The notes: a model not told the origin generated them from the letters alone. A stretch of DNA of 59,126 nucleotides, filler included, from Dugesia japonica (GCA_001938525.1; 5 parts of 5 records of this genome joined end to end with filler, not necessarily neighbours in it); one strand, 5' to 3'; numbered from the whole stretch's first letter, positions 25,201 through 37,780 are shown. Numbers and translations: made by a program.

Positions 25201-25440
25201 CTATTTCTCTCGATATCCATAAACTCTCTTCAATGTCTTTACATATGCTTCTATTAAGTCTTCATGAAGCATACATGTTATCNAACGTTCCTGATCTTCC
25301 TTAACAACGATGTTCTTTGCCTCAAAGTATATTTCACACCGTTTGATAAACTTATCTAGATCATCGCTTTGCAAAATATTTTTGGCAACAATCTTTCTGT
25401 GATTGCATCAGTGTTTACTGCTGCCAGGATATTAGAAGAG
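22120..25440 (-). mobile_element. Ty3/Gypsy gag-pol remnant
   Basis: Gag AAVNTDAITERLLPKIFC; zinc knuckles CGNIDHIKRMC and CGRCKRPGHRAEEC; RT YFSSIDLGNAYYQ and MPFG; RNase H VIGYGS..EKRYCTTLKEILAI..ADMLSR; integrase start HHLLCHAG. Confidence 0.9.
22712..23167. mobile_element. Probable solo LTR inserted between the Gypsy RT and RNase H regions
   Basis: Non-coding insert of about 450 bp starting TGTG and ending ..ATCAC at a gap. It contains TATATAAA and interrupts the pol frame. Confidence 0.45.
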
Positions 25441-27549
25441 TTTAGAAAACTCATCGAATCATTAACACTAGAATTCAACTCAACAGAATTTATTTTCAAA
25501 AATACAAACTATAACCAACACTATTTGTTAATCAAACAAATTAAAATACCCTGGTTTAATTGGTGATCTTTTTTCTAAAATTAAAAATCGAAACTTTTAT
25601 AAAAACATTTTATATATTTACTTAATTTTAATTTAAAATTTACGACAAAATATTTGCTCACTTTTAAAATTTTATTTATTACAATTAATTTAATTCATTT
25701 AAAAACATTTAATTTATTTACTTAATTTTCATTTAAAATTTACGACAAAATTTTTGCTCACTTTTAAAGTTTTATTCATTGAAAAGTTTAGCTTTATTAT
25801 TCAATCATTTTAATTTATCCTTAAACAAAATATTTGTTTGTTTAAATTTTACCTCAATAATTTAAATCTCTCTTTTAAAAAAAGGTTTTAAAAATAAGAT
25901 CACCAATTAAAAAAAATTTCAACTTGCTTTTCAAAACACACTCACAATAGCAGTATTTGTTTTGGTTTGATTTTATTATGTTTTGTATTCATAGGTATTT
26001 TGATTTAATATAAAAGAAATTTTTAGAGGTGCAATTACCTAAGTAGTTAAGTAATACTGCGATTTGATTAGCTGAAAATTATATCTGTGTTCATAACGTA
26101 ATAATTATAACATGTTTATTTAACCATTTTATCATTACTACTTCTTGTTTAAATGTGGTGGAATTTTTTATTTTTTGTTTAAATTTAATGAAATTAATGA
26201 CTTTTGTATAAATTAAGCGAAATTAATGATTTTTAAGTTAAGTTCCCCGAGAAATATTAATATTAGTTGTGCTGACTAATATTAACATGAATGTTAGATG
26301 TTCATGGGCAAAATTAACATCAATATTAGTTCGTTCCAGCAATATTAAAATTAAGATTAGATACTCCCCGCTGGCATTAATATTAATATATTTATATGAG
26401 ATTTTTGTTTAAATTAAGCAAAAATAATGATATTTTATAGAGTTCTTTGTGGAAAATAAGTGAAAAAGCCTTTTCTGTATAAATTAACCAAATCTTTCAA
26501 ATTTTTAGGTTTTTAAGCTAGGTATCTTCGAGGGGCCTAAATATTAGATGTTTCAAGATTCATACTATGTGATGTTTGTATTGAAACATAATTTTTCCAA
26601 GTTTTAAACTATGAGGTGTCTATGGGTTTGCTCTATGGACTGCACTCGACATTAGATACTCCATAGTCAGTTATTATCAGCTGTTCACTGGAAAAAACGG
26701 TTGCTCTGCTGACGAAAATCATTGTTAATATTTTTGTGTTTAAGTAAAATTATTCTTTGTCATAGTATAATTAATAAAATCACTATATAATTTCTATTCT
26801 AAGTAAAATTATAATCAATTATAGAATTAAAAATTATTTTCATGCATTGCTTCATTAAAAATTTTGTTTTTATTTCATACCATTATATTACCTCCTTCGA
26901 CATGTACAGTCAAACAGAGCAAATTTATTAAGGTATATTAGCATCCAATCGAGTCCATTCATAATTCAACCTATCAATCAGTTTTTGTAGTTTCAACTAG
27001 ACTAAGCTCGATAACAATATGTGCCAATCTGGTAGCAATGCATGCGACTATTCACATCCGGTCTCATATATACATTGCTACAACTATCTAATCTTTATAA
27101 GATAAAAACAGTTAATCGTCTACTCCAATATATGGCTAGTAACAGATTCGCAAAATGATCAAGAATTCGAAGTTAACTGTTATCAATCCATTTCGTGATA
27201 TTAAATAAATCTTTAAATTAAATTATTACAGAAAGTCATTACTTATTATTAGTGTCACAAGAAAATTAACGTTAATAACGTAAAAGTTGACTTTAAACAT
27301 TTAAAAAATTGACTTTATTGACTTATATATTTTCCGCGTCGTACATTTATTATAAATTTTATTTCGTTAACGTTTTCATTTAAACTAAACATTATAGTTC
27401 AAAAAATTAAAAATCCGTTAATTTCCTCATAATTATGAAATAGAAAAAGAAAACAACAATTTCATATTCAGTTTCATTTTAGTTACAAATTTACAATATC
27501 GCTGAATAGTAATGTAAAGTTAAATAAAAGTTAATGTTTTAAGGTAAAA

Positions 27550-28090
27550 ACGTCTGTCTTTTGCCAGTATTTTTCAGCATTAAGAAACGTTTTTTTTACA
27601 GAAACAGAAGGGCACGGACACTTTTGTAATAATGTAAAGATTTCCCGTAAAATTTCCTCTAGATTGCAGTTCTTAATTGACTGGATCATATAGGCATCCA
27701 ATTGCTATTTTAAATAAGGAGCAATAGCAGAGGGATCCATTTCAAATTGAAGGTTTTTTTAGTATTCAACACCTTGTTTAATGTTGTACCCAGCAATCTC
27801 CAGGGAAATTATTAATTCGGCTAATTGATGGTAGTTTTGTTGAATAATAAAATGATATTTTAAAAGTTGATCATTTTCCAATATGTCTTTTCCTTGTCAT
27901 ACCAAGAAACCTTTATTATCCCAACTGCGCATAACATGTTTCACTTTTTGGAGATGTTTCAAATAATATAAAGCCATCTCACATCACATCACATGTACAT
28001 TCTTCTCTTCCTTAAGCGGCCTACCACAATTTAATTGTACTACATGGCAGCGCAATTGTGAGATACTCGCGATAACATGTTCTTATGTAT
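27550..28090 (-). pseudogene. hAT-like transposase C-terminal remnant
   Basis: Frames give EMALYYLKHLQKVKHVMRSW.., LLQKCPCPSVSVKKTF.. and KILAKDR, resembling the P.tSvsvERsFS..k.il..R dimerization motif. Confidence 0.5.
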
Positions 28091-28959
28091 TTCACTGACC
28101 CAAAATTTGTATATTTTAATTGTAAAAGCTTAAATTTTATCAAGTAGTACCAATATTAAACTTAAATTTTAACTTCATATTTAAAAAAGTCTAAAATTAT
28201 TGTATTTTACACTTAACATTAAAATTGTATATAATTTTACTGATAGTCATTTGGAAATTATTAAATCCATCATACTTATTTTATTCAATCAATATTATTT
28301 GCAATATTTTCAAAGAATAGTTATAAATTATTTCAAAATTATCAATACTTAATAAATTTGCTATTATAATTATAATTAATCCATAAAAATTTTAAATTTA
28401 TTTTCAAAATTACCTTTAAAAATTTATTCAAAACATAAATCAATTTACCCACTAGTGAATAGTCACAATATATCCAAATCCATCTAAATAGTCAACCCAA
28501 AAATTGACCTTACTGAATAAATTATCATCATATTTTTATATTCCTCTGGAATCCAAAATTAAATACTTGATTTTTCAAAATAACTTCTTATCTATAAGGT
28601 TTGGCGATTAAAGGTTAACATATTTCGAATCAGTTTAAACTTCTTTGTCGAATATACTAATTCATAATTAACTTTGAGAACAAAATATTTTCCAAATACA
28701 TTATTCTTACCTAGAAATGATCACAAGGTCATTCTAAATCGATTAATGAAAAAATCTCGATAAAAAACTTTTCAAAAAATTTCAAAATTTTGGTTGTTCC
28801 AGATTCCCATAAAAAATTCATGTAAAAAAATTTTAAATTTTCATATTATTTAAACAACACAAGTTGTTCACCCGGATTTTTACAATAAAATTTCAATTAT
28901 ATTTTTAAAACTTGAAAATTCTAAATAAATTCAATTTTTTCCATGAATTTTTTTAAAAT

Positions 28960-29990
28960 TCAACTGAAACTGACTAGCTCGAAGAAATTATCACCCAAAT
29001 TCACCTAAAACTAATCCTTGTGAGTAAAATATTGACTAAGATTGTCCCAAAAGTTACCCAGACTGTCCAGCCCGAGGAAATTATCAACCAAATTGATTTG
29101 ATTCAAACTCACTGAGCCAATTATTAACAAAATTTTGTCCGAATCGACCTTACCGAGAAAATTATCACTTATATTCACCTCAAACCAACCCTTGTGAGTA
29201 AATAATTGATTAAAAATGGTTAAATATAATCCTAAATTGACCATACCGAGAAAAGTGTTCATGAAAACAAACCAAAAGTACCTAAAATCAATCAAAACAA
29301 GTCAAAAATCACCGAAAAGTGACCATTCCGAAGAAATCATTGATCAAATAACCCAAAAAGTCAACCTTTCAGAAGAACTAATTGACCATGATCACCTAAA
29401 ACTGACAAACACGAGGCAAAAATTGATTGAATCATTTAAAAATTATNNAAAACTGTCCATAATAGACCTGATTTAACTGAAAATTATCCAAACTGACCAG
29501 CCCAATAAAATTATCAATCAAATTTGTCTAAATATCACCTAAAAGTATACCGAATCGCCTAAAAATTACCCTGATTTGACAACAACGGTCAACCAAATTC
29601 ACCTAAAAATTACCAAAATTGACTATATCGAGGAAATAATTTGACCAAATCACCACAAAATTACCCAAACTGCTCAATCCTGAGGAAATAATTGACCAAA
29701 ATTTTATATTACCGATAAAATATTCGAACAAATTCACCTNNNNNNNNNNNNNNNNNNNNNNNNNNNNNNNNNNNNNNNNNNNNNNNNNNNNNNNNNNNNN
29801 NNNNNNNNNNNNNNNNNNNNNNNNNNNAACCACCAACAACCATACAAAAGTCGACCTCATTTGACCTCACTGAATAAATTCTCAACCAAAAAGCTTAAAA
29901 AAATTTTTACTTTCTAAAAATCTAAAAACTTTTTCAACTAAATGGCCTAAAATTTAAAAATAATTCGCCAAACCTTTCAAAATACGATTA
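28960..29990 (+). repeat. Degenerate tandem array (units about 40-45 bp, core AAATTCACCTAAAA..GAC..CCGAG) within a dispersed AT-rich repeat family
   Basis: Recurring CCGAG(G/A)AAATTATCA..CAAATTCACCTAAAA. The same module and flank occur at 38300-38600. Confidence 0.7.
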
Positions 29991-30499
29991 AAAGTTATGT
30001 AATTGCATATAAATTTTGCTCACCAGCTAAAAAAGCTTNAAAAATTTAAAAACAGTTAATTCCTAAAAAATCAAATTTCACCGATTAAATTAATCTATTG
30101 ACATAAAATAACTAGAGTTGCAGAAAATAATACATAAAAAAGAAATCCGGCATTTAACGCTGTGTTGACATTCCTTGGAATAAATGCAGATTATAAACGT
30201 TGAGATTATAAAGCAAGCAATTAAATTAAATATTGTTAATTCATATTTCCTATTATTTCAATAAATTTTCTTTTATATTAACCCGTGTTTTGTTCTTTTC
30301 TATTGATATTACTTTGGTAAGAAACTAATGTTCACTTTTGACTTTCAACTTTAAACTGAAATAACTCTAAGATAACTAGAATTAATAATTGAATATAGCA
30401 ACCATTACGATTAACACATGCTTGTTAACAGGAAACAAGCTTTCATATATTATAATTATATAAATTCTTTGCTCTGAATTCAATGAAGTCACAAAAGTA

Positions 30500-30670
30500 T
30501 TTTTCGGTATGTGCGACATATGACCGAGCATTGTCGTGGAGAACAATTGGATGTCTTCTGTTGACCAAAGTTTAATAAAGAAGTGACAACATTCTATGCA
30601 TCTCGTCGATTCCCTTACAGTATATATCATACACAGACAAAGTGAGGCTCGGCAATTTTTTTGTGGCTCA
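30500..30670 (-). pseudogene. mariner transposase fragment
   Basis: YCKGIDEMHRML..LVNRRHPIVLHDNARSYVAHT. Confidence 0.75.
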
Positions 30671-30999
30671 ATTATAAATTTTTAAAGTTACAACTAAAAT
30701 TTTTAAATTTTACTCCTATTTGGTTGATTTTTGAAATAGACAAAAAATAAAGTTTTTTCTTTTTCCCATTCAGGAAATAAAATGCATGAATTGTTTCTTT
30801 TTATTTAATAATAATATTCAATTTTGCTTTTCTTATTTATTAAATTTATTAATAAATCCTAATTAAAATTAAAAACTTAAAAAAGATAAAATTTAGTTTT
30901 TTAATATTAGCTATAATATTTAAAACTAAATTCAGATTAATGTTATATCAACAGCATTTTTAAAATTTCGAAAATAGCATCCATACATCAAACTCTGAG

Positions 31000-31300
31000 A
31001 ACCCCTGGTATATGTCTAATGTAATAGTTTCATTGGGATACAGAAAGTTGTTTTAGATAATACCTCCAAAATATCACCATACGCTTCCCATAACCTTCTT
31101 TGAATGAAGTTTGGGTTTTCACAATTGTTNTGAATCTTAGTTATGGTTCAACCATTGTGCGGAAAATTAGCGGTTATCATGTAATACTTATTGTTTATTT
31201 CACATCACTATCCGATCTATGAAATTGTCGTAAATATTCCGGAGAAGAAGTTACAAGCAGATTTTGAAATGCTGACATTTTTTATTTTTCATTTTAACAA
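31000..31300 (-). pseudogene. mariner transposase fragment
   Basis: SAQWL..PKLHSKKVMGSVW*..GGII..FLYPNETIT. Confidence 0.7.
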
Positions 31301-31533
31301 AATTCTTCTCTTGCCTATTTGTTTAAGATGATTCAGAGTTGCTACATGACTGATTTGNNNNNNNNNNNNNNNNNNNNNNNNNNNNNNNNNNNNNNNNNNN
31401 NNNNNNNTATAAGCTTTATAAAAATAAATATAAATAAAAACCTATACGGATATTTTATTTTTCTTTTTAATATCGAAATAATTCATTAGAAATGAACTCA
31501 ATTCATTTAGTCATGACAAATTATAATTGTTTG

Positions 31534-33015
31534 TTAATCATCTTTTGGTAATATTTCTGATGTCAAAACCAATGCATCAGTTGTTTGGTTCAAATCTGAA
31601 GTCGGAGTAGATTCATTTGTTATTTGTATGATATATTTTTTTGAATTGTTAGACTGTTTTTCTTTAAATGAAGATTGTAATTCAGAAATCATTTTGATAT
31701 TTGTAAATTCTAACAAATTCGTTTCACTTTTACTGTGAGTTTTTCGCATTTTTGATAGAAGACTAATTGCTTTATTTCTCCATTCATTAATCTTATTTGA
31801 AGAGAATTGATTTGATTTTGTCTTTATTGATAAGGAACTTTTATTGGCGTTTGATACGTTAAATGTATTATTTAGATTGTCTTTTGAAGTGAACATATCT
31901 GTGACTGCTGTTTCACTAGCTTGTGGGCCGACTTTCACTTTACTTTTTCTCGAATTGAGATTTCGAATTTGACTAATATCGGATTGCCGACGAGACAATC
32001 GAAGATTGTCAGATGGATTTGCTGTTATTGTCTGACTAGAGCTTTGCGCATTTTTATGTTCGGCATAAAGGGCAAACGCTTCACGATCAACGAATAATGG
32101 ATCAACTTTAATTAAAGTGCCTACCAAACGATCATTTTCTTCTTCAATTAAATCCATAACAAGACGAGTGTTATGAATTTCTTCTAATAAATCATCTTTC
32201 ATTTGATTCATTTGACGAATTTTATCATAAAATTTAACTTCAAGTAGTCTTTGTAAATCTATTTGATCCTGAAGAAACGTAACTGAATCTAATAATCTTC
32301 CTAGAATTCTTTGTAATCGTGTATAAATATCTCTAAGTCTGTCACATATTTGACCGGATTTTTTTATTAATTCAAATTCTGGTCTTTCTGTCCAAAAGAA
32401 AAGTCGATCAACAAGACTGATACTATCTGTCATTAATGGCATACAATAGCAAGATATCTGTGTTAGTGCTAAAGTAAAATGGAGTTGTAAATAAAATAGA
32501 TCTTTGTAAAATTCCAATAATGGTCGAAGATTTTCTTTTAATTCAGCTTGAGCAGAATCAATTCTATGAGCAATATTTTCTAATACTGAAATAAAAGTTG
32601 AATCTTTTGCATTGTGAGTAATATCATTTAAATTTTTAAAGCATGACTTAAACAAATTACTTCGACAACTTTTAACTCGCCGATTCGAAGTTTCTGCAAT
32701 AAACTTTTCTCCGTGATTTCTTAATTCATTAATTAAAGCATCATTATGTCGTTCTCTGATATGCATCATTTCTTTTTGGGAATTTAAATCATTTTCCAAT
32801 TGTTCAATTTCCAATTCTCCGCTTTTGATCTGTTCAATAATAAACTCTTTAGTGATTATTCTATTTTGTTGATCCCATAAATTCCTTAAAGTTTCTAAAT
32901 GCTTAAAACAAAGTAGAAATTCGTCTTTGACTTGTAAAATTATTCGCAGTTCTCCTTGTATTGATGAAGGATAGATTGGTAACAAGTCTTTGCTACTCTC
33001 TATGGTACTAAACAT
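31534..33015 (-). CDS. Hypothetical 493-aa coiled-coil protein, single exon, probable host gene
   Basis: The only long uninterrupted ATG-to-stop ORF. Helical/heptad N-terminal 320 aa and a Ser/Asn/Lys-rich tail; no TE motifs recognised. Confidence 0.75.
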   Translation of the reverse strand: MFSTIESSKDLLPIYPSSIQGELRIILQVKDEFLLCFKHLETLRNLWDQQNRIITKEFIIEQIKSGELEIEQLENDLNSQKEMMHIRERHNDALINELRNHGEKFIAETSNRRVKSCRSNLFKSCFKNLNDITHNAKDSTFISVLENIAHRIDSAQAELKENLRPLLEFYKDLFYLQLHFTLALTQISCYCMPLMTDSISLVDRLFFWTERPEFELIKKSGQICDRLRDIYTRLQRILGRLLDSVTFLQDQIDLQRLLEVKFYDKIRQMNQMKDDLLEEIHNTRLVMDLIEEENDRLVGTLIKVDPLFVDREAFALYAEHKNAQSSSQTITANPSDNLRLSRRQSDISQIRNLNSRKSKVKVGPQASETAVTDMFTSKDNLNNTFNVSNANKSSLSIKTKSNQFSSNKINEWRNKAISLLSKMRKTHSKSETNLLEFTNIKMISELQSSFKEKQSNNSKKYIIQITNESTPTSDLNQTTDALVLTSEILPKDD

Positions 33016-33686
33016 AGTTCAGTTTTATTATTAAATGAAATTTAGTAGTAATTTGATAAAATCAGATTTATTATTAAAATTTTATTGATTTACTTGGAAA
33101 TAAGCTTTATCAGATTATTTATTCAGAAAAGAATATTAAAAATAAATTTACAATTATTGTTTGAAACAAAAGAATTGAAAAAATATATTAAAAGGAAAGA
33201 CGTTATTATATTATATTATTACTATATTCTCCGTCCATTTCCAACAGATCACTTTATGGAGATTCATGTACAGGGCGCGTTCTTTGCGACAATCTTGCTA
33301 ACAGCCGTCTACGTGCAGAAGATGTGATTTTCACTAAAATCCCTATTTTTCATTATGGTCTAACCTAGGCAGTCAGCTCTGTGCGCCACAATGAGATGCT
33401 TTAGCTTTCGACCAGTTTTGTCAAATTAAATATTAGATTCAGTCATTGTCGATCATATCTGCAAATAATTGAAAAGGACTTATTGTGTTAATAATTTGAA
33501 AATTTGAGTAAGAAAATTGGCAATGTTAACCAATCAGAAATCAGGAAAAATGTGTATGTGTGTTAGGTTACGGTGTATTTATGTTGGTTTTTAATAGAGT
33601 AATGAGTCATTTTTTGACTCTCGTTCCAAGTGTGGTACACTTGACGTGTTAATTAGCTACTTACAAAATATTTTTATTGTAAGTAG

Positions 33687-35052
33687 TGTTGTGGCGAAAC
33701 ACCTTGAATGGAAAGTAAAAATAGCGGTAGGTAAAGCCGAAAATGAAAAGATAAGTCACGAAATGGGGAAACAAAGAACCCAGACAAAGGAAAGTCACAA
33801 TTCAGTGAAGGAAAGGAATAATTAAAAGAAAAACCCAGGTTGGTAGTTAAAACCAACATAATAACCAGCAAAATCTAANGTTACAGCAAGAAATAACCCA
33901 GAAATAATTAAGCCAAAAGGAAGAAAAGAAGAAATAGAAGCTATCAGCCAGATAAAGAGAATCATGAATAACAATTAGTTCATTGGGCAAAACTGAGAAA
34001 ATCATATTGAACTAATAATTGGTGAAAGTAAATAAATTTAAAATAATTAATTAAATTAATTAACGAAAGAAGAAATGATGAACTTAAATTAATTTCAGAA
34101 AAACAAAGAAATGAACATATAATTAAATTTTATGAAGAAAATAAAATAATTTATTTATTTAAATAAAATAAATCATATGAATTAAAATGATTTATTTCGA
34201 AGCAGAAAATAAATATTTTTTCAAAAATAAGAAAAATGAAGGTTTCCGCTTGAGTTAAAATTGACAGATAAGAAAATTCTGGTCAAGAAAAAATCGGAGA
34301 TTTCGAAAATCTAAGGTAAAAAGTCGTAGCAAGACTATGAAAGAAGATATAAGGGTTTGAGGATTGACCAATGTTTTTGTAATCTAAAAATATCAACTAA
34401 TAAAAAGAAATCATGTGACGATCAAGTCAAAAGGAACATTAGAAAATTCGTATGATGTCAAATAACCAATGAAAGAAACGAGGGTGTGAAGAGAACCGGT
34501 ATAAATACNNNNNNNNNNNNNNNNNNNNNNNNNNNNNNNNNNNNNNAAAATCCTGAAGTTAGACGAAATATTTTTCAATTATCACAGAAGGTGATTATTT
34601 TTTACTATTTTATTACCGTTGCAACGATTTCCCACTTAATGAGTTACAGAAGTTATGGAACCCAAAATAATTGAAGTCATTATGCAGATGTGGATCCGAA
34701 GTTAATGGTTTAGTGGTATACAATTGGTGGTCACGATAAGTCCAATAATAATTAACAAAATAATATAACTTTCCATAACCGGATTTTCTTTTATTTAATA
34801 TGGTTATATTTTATTTATATTCTTTTGTCAAACCGACACCATTAACCAATAAAGATTGAGTAGTTCTAAAAATTTAGCGAGTATTACGAAATTGAACAAA
34901 AACCGAAGGTATGCGAGTCTGTACTCGGATTCCGAGTCAACGGCTCCATTGCAAAGAACTGAATTTTTTGGGCCGCCAGATTAAATTCTTCGAGGGGTTT
35001 TATTAGGCCGACTACCCTAGACTTGTCAACTCACCAAGATAAAACCCCAACA
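33687..35052 (+). mobile_element. Gypsy-type solo LTR with GTAG target-site duplication
   Basis: gtag|TGTTGTGGCGAAACACC...TAAAACCCCAACA|gtag; CCAAT boxes and TATAAA at about 34500; homologous to 41746-43326. Confidence 0.88.
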
Positions 35053-35253
35053 GTAGAACTAGTAGATAGAAAAATTAGCCAATCAGATTACTAGAAAAAA
35101 TAGTACCGCACTGAGATACATATTTAATAATCGCGCATGCAGTATTGAAAATCNNNNNNNNNNNNNNNNNNNNNNNNNNNNNNNNNNNNNNNNNNNNTTA
35201 ATTAATTAANNNNNNNNNNNNNNNNNNNNNNNNNNNNNNNNNNNNNNNNNNNN

Positions 35254-35586
35254 TCACAGTCACATTACAATGTCTGGATATTTTTGTAAATAAATTATTA
35301 AAGTCTTTTTCTTTGTTTGCATCCTGAGACAGATCATCTACTACAATAACATCGCCCGGTTTCAATCTCTTGCTCCAATTTTTATCAAATCCAATAATAA
35401 TTTTCATTTTAATGTTGCAAAAGTCTGATTGTGTTAACCCATGCTCTTTATCTGCACCTCTGTGCCAATGTATTTTGTTAAAGTTTGATTTAAATAAATT
35501 TCATTTTAGTAACTTGCATACAAACAAGGTTTTCCGACTACCGCTTGGACCAAAATTTGATAAACAGCATCATTTCTCACCTCCAT
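35254..35586 (-). pseudogene. A32/FtsK-like DNA packaging ATPase fragment
   Basis: Walker A GPSGSRKT; Walker B region VIVVDDL..FNNLFTKISRHCNVTV. Confidence 0.85.
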
Positions 35587-35741
35587 TTTATACAGATTTA
35601 ATTTAATGCATTGTTTATAATACTGTTTGTCTTTGTTTAAATGAATCAATTAATNNNNNNNNNNNNNNNNNNNNNNNNNNNNNNNNNNNNNNNNNNNNNN
35701 NNNNNNNNNNNTACACTCTTATATCTTAATTATCATTTATA

Positions 35742-36185
35742 ATGTTGGTTAATATTAATTACAAAGGTAAAGTATGGCAAGATGTAACAAGCAAAATGAA
35801 GTTTTCTATTGGTAAACCTTTTCAATTTGTTGACAAAAGTGGGAAATATATGTTAATATTCTTTAAATCAGGAAATTGTTGAATAATGAGATGTAAAAAA
35901 CCATTTTAAATGGAGAAATTACAATATAATATTAAGGATATTCGTTTGCAATCATTAACAATTGTAATCAATTTGGGAAAAGTTTTCAATTTTTATAAAT
36001 TAACACACGTGACAAAATGTTGGTTTGAACCAGAATTGTTCCCTGCAATGCGTCTTACAAAGTATGATCCTATATGTGTTCACGTATTTTCATCTGAAAA
36101 AATTGTAATACTTGGTATAAAAAATTTACACTATCAGAAATATGTGGATAATATAATTTCTGATTTGTATAATTTAATTGAATAA
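35742..36185 (+). pseudogene. Minimal TATA-binding-protein-like gene (about 147 codons, two in-frame stops)
   Basis: Repeat 1 NINYKG..LIFFKSGNC*IM; repeat 2 QSLTIVINLG..WFEPELFPAMRL..VHVFSSEKIVILG (TBP: YEPELFPGL..IF.SGK.V.TG). Confidence 0.8.
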
Positions 36186-36656
36186 TTTCACAACATGAAT
36201 CGTGCAATATGAATCGAAGTATAACAAGGCACTTTTGTTTGATAATTACTTGTTTTTCATATTGCTTCCATTTTTCTTAACCTCTTCTATTTTCACTTGG
36301 ATATAATATTCTTCAGATTTTTCGAATATGGTTCCTTTCGAATCGTTATAATTGATTAAAACCATATCCTTTATTGTAATTGATGACTAAATTCTTTGAA
36401 ATAGTAAATTCAAAATATTTGTGTCACTGGAATTTATATAAGTTAACAACAAACTATAGGTAGATCGTTGTATCTTTACAGGTTCTTAAATGAAAGTATT
36501 AAATAATAAAATAAATAAAAAAAATATTACTTGAAACGAATAAATTATTGGTCTCTTAAAGAATTTCATTTATATTCCATAAAATTCAGTAGGTTTTCCA
36601 TAATCTACTATAATAGACATAACATTATCTTTTGTTAAAGTAACAACCGATTGCAT
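36180..36656 (-). pseudogene. Spliced Polinton accessory gene, copy 2
   Basis: Exon 1 36656-36531 (42 codons, ends FQ); GTAATA donor; 45-nt intron with the acceptor mutated; exon 2 EPVKIQRSTY. Confidence 0.65.
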
Positions 36657-36971
36657 ATTAAAATAATGAAAATTTATTAAATGTTTTAGCTTTTATACTG
36701 CGTTGTTAATTAAAGTTTTTATATATTTATTTTATTGATTGAAAATGTGTTACTTTGATTATTAATATATTTTGATTGGTAATTCCTTGTTAAATTAATT
36801 TAAGTGCAACATAAATGCAAAACCACAGCAAGTTAAACAAAGCATTTGTTTTAAAAAGGTAACAACTAAAAGAAACTAAAAAATAACGTGTATGTATGTA
36901 TCTTAGCAAGTATAAAAAGCGGTAGTTTTCGTAAAATAAATCTTATTTTATAATTCAAATTTATTCTCAGC

Positions 36972-37172
36972 ATGAATTATTTGGAAAAAGAAATTAAGAA
37001 ATTTTCAGATTCAATTAACAGCGGATTCATTGATGAAATTCAAATCCTAACCGAGCTTGATAATGGTCCAATGAGTAAACATGACTATGTTGAACTTATT
37101 GTCCGATCAGTATTCATGAAGAAAATTAAGTATAAATTGGAGATACGAAAAAGAATTAAATATACTGCCTAG
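36972..37172 (+). CDS. Small Polinton accessory ORF, unknown function
   Basis: ATG-initiated 66-aa ORF with TATAAAA at 36911, located inside the Polinton remnant. Confidence 0.4.
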   Translation: MNYLEKEIKKFSDSINSGFIDEIQILTELDNGPMSKHDYVELIVRSVFMKKIKYKLEIRKRIKYTA

Positions 37173-37339
37173 ACGCCATTGACATCAGTTGTGTTGTTTT
37201 ATGTGTTTAAAATAAATTAATGTAATTATCTTATTGGTAAATGTTAATTTAAACAGACTTTTTTGTTTCTCTTTATTTGTTTTAATAAATAAAAAATATG
37301 TTTAAAAAAATAAATTTAAAAAAATTTTTTAAAAGAAAA

Positions 37340-37560
37340 TCGATGAGTAATAATCTAGAAAAATGATGAGTCATGAACTAAAAATTTTTTTCTACCCCCG
37401 GGGGGAGAGGGGATGGGTGTGATCTAGAAATTCAATTAATCATGATCTAGAATATGATGAGTCATACTGATCTAGAAAAATCGATGAGTCATGATCTAGA
37501 AAATTGATGGCTCATTGTCTTTGTTCTATTCATTGATAATTCATCATTATGACTCATTGC
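37340..37560. repeat. Subterminal GATGAGTCATGATCTAGA repeats containing AP-1-type TGA(G/C)TCA sites
   Basis: TGAGTCA at 37367, 37458 and 37485; TGACTCA at 37550; several GATCTAGA. Confidence 0.7.
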
Positions 37561-37624
37561 CTTTGTTATAAAAGTTCTTTGTTTAGGGGGAGGGGATGAT
37601 CCAGTGCGCTACTATCTACCTACT

Positions 37625-37780
37625 AAAGACAATTTGAGGTCGGTGATGAGATCTTAGTGAAAGTTTTAACAAAAACCAAGATCGTTATAGAGGACTCTAT
37701 AAGATCAAGAGGAAAGTTCACAACAGACATAACAAACGGAAAATGTCTGAAAGCAAATAAAGAGAAGATTTAAAAATAAT
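37625..37780 (+). pseudogene. Gypsy integrase C-terminal fragment (apparent Polinton insertion site)
   Basis: RQFEVGDEILVKV..DRYRGLYK, resembling a GPY/F module. Confidence 0.5.

Larger units (their letters stand above)
35254..37624. mobile_element. Polinton/adintovirus-like remnant with a terminal region
   Basis: Packaging ATPase, TBP-like gene, spliced accessory gene, and a terminus reading AGTAGGTAGATAGTAGCGCACTGG on the minus strand from 37624. Confidence 0.82.

Noticed and set aside
26880-27100. Possible Tc1/mariner C-terminal fragment on the minus strand
   Set aside because: Only weak motif hints and no TIR found.
28960-29990. CRISPR-like array
   Set aside because: Units are degenerate throughout with no invariant repeat or unique spacers, there are no cas genes, and the context is eukaryotic.
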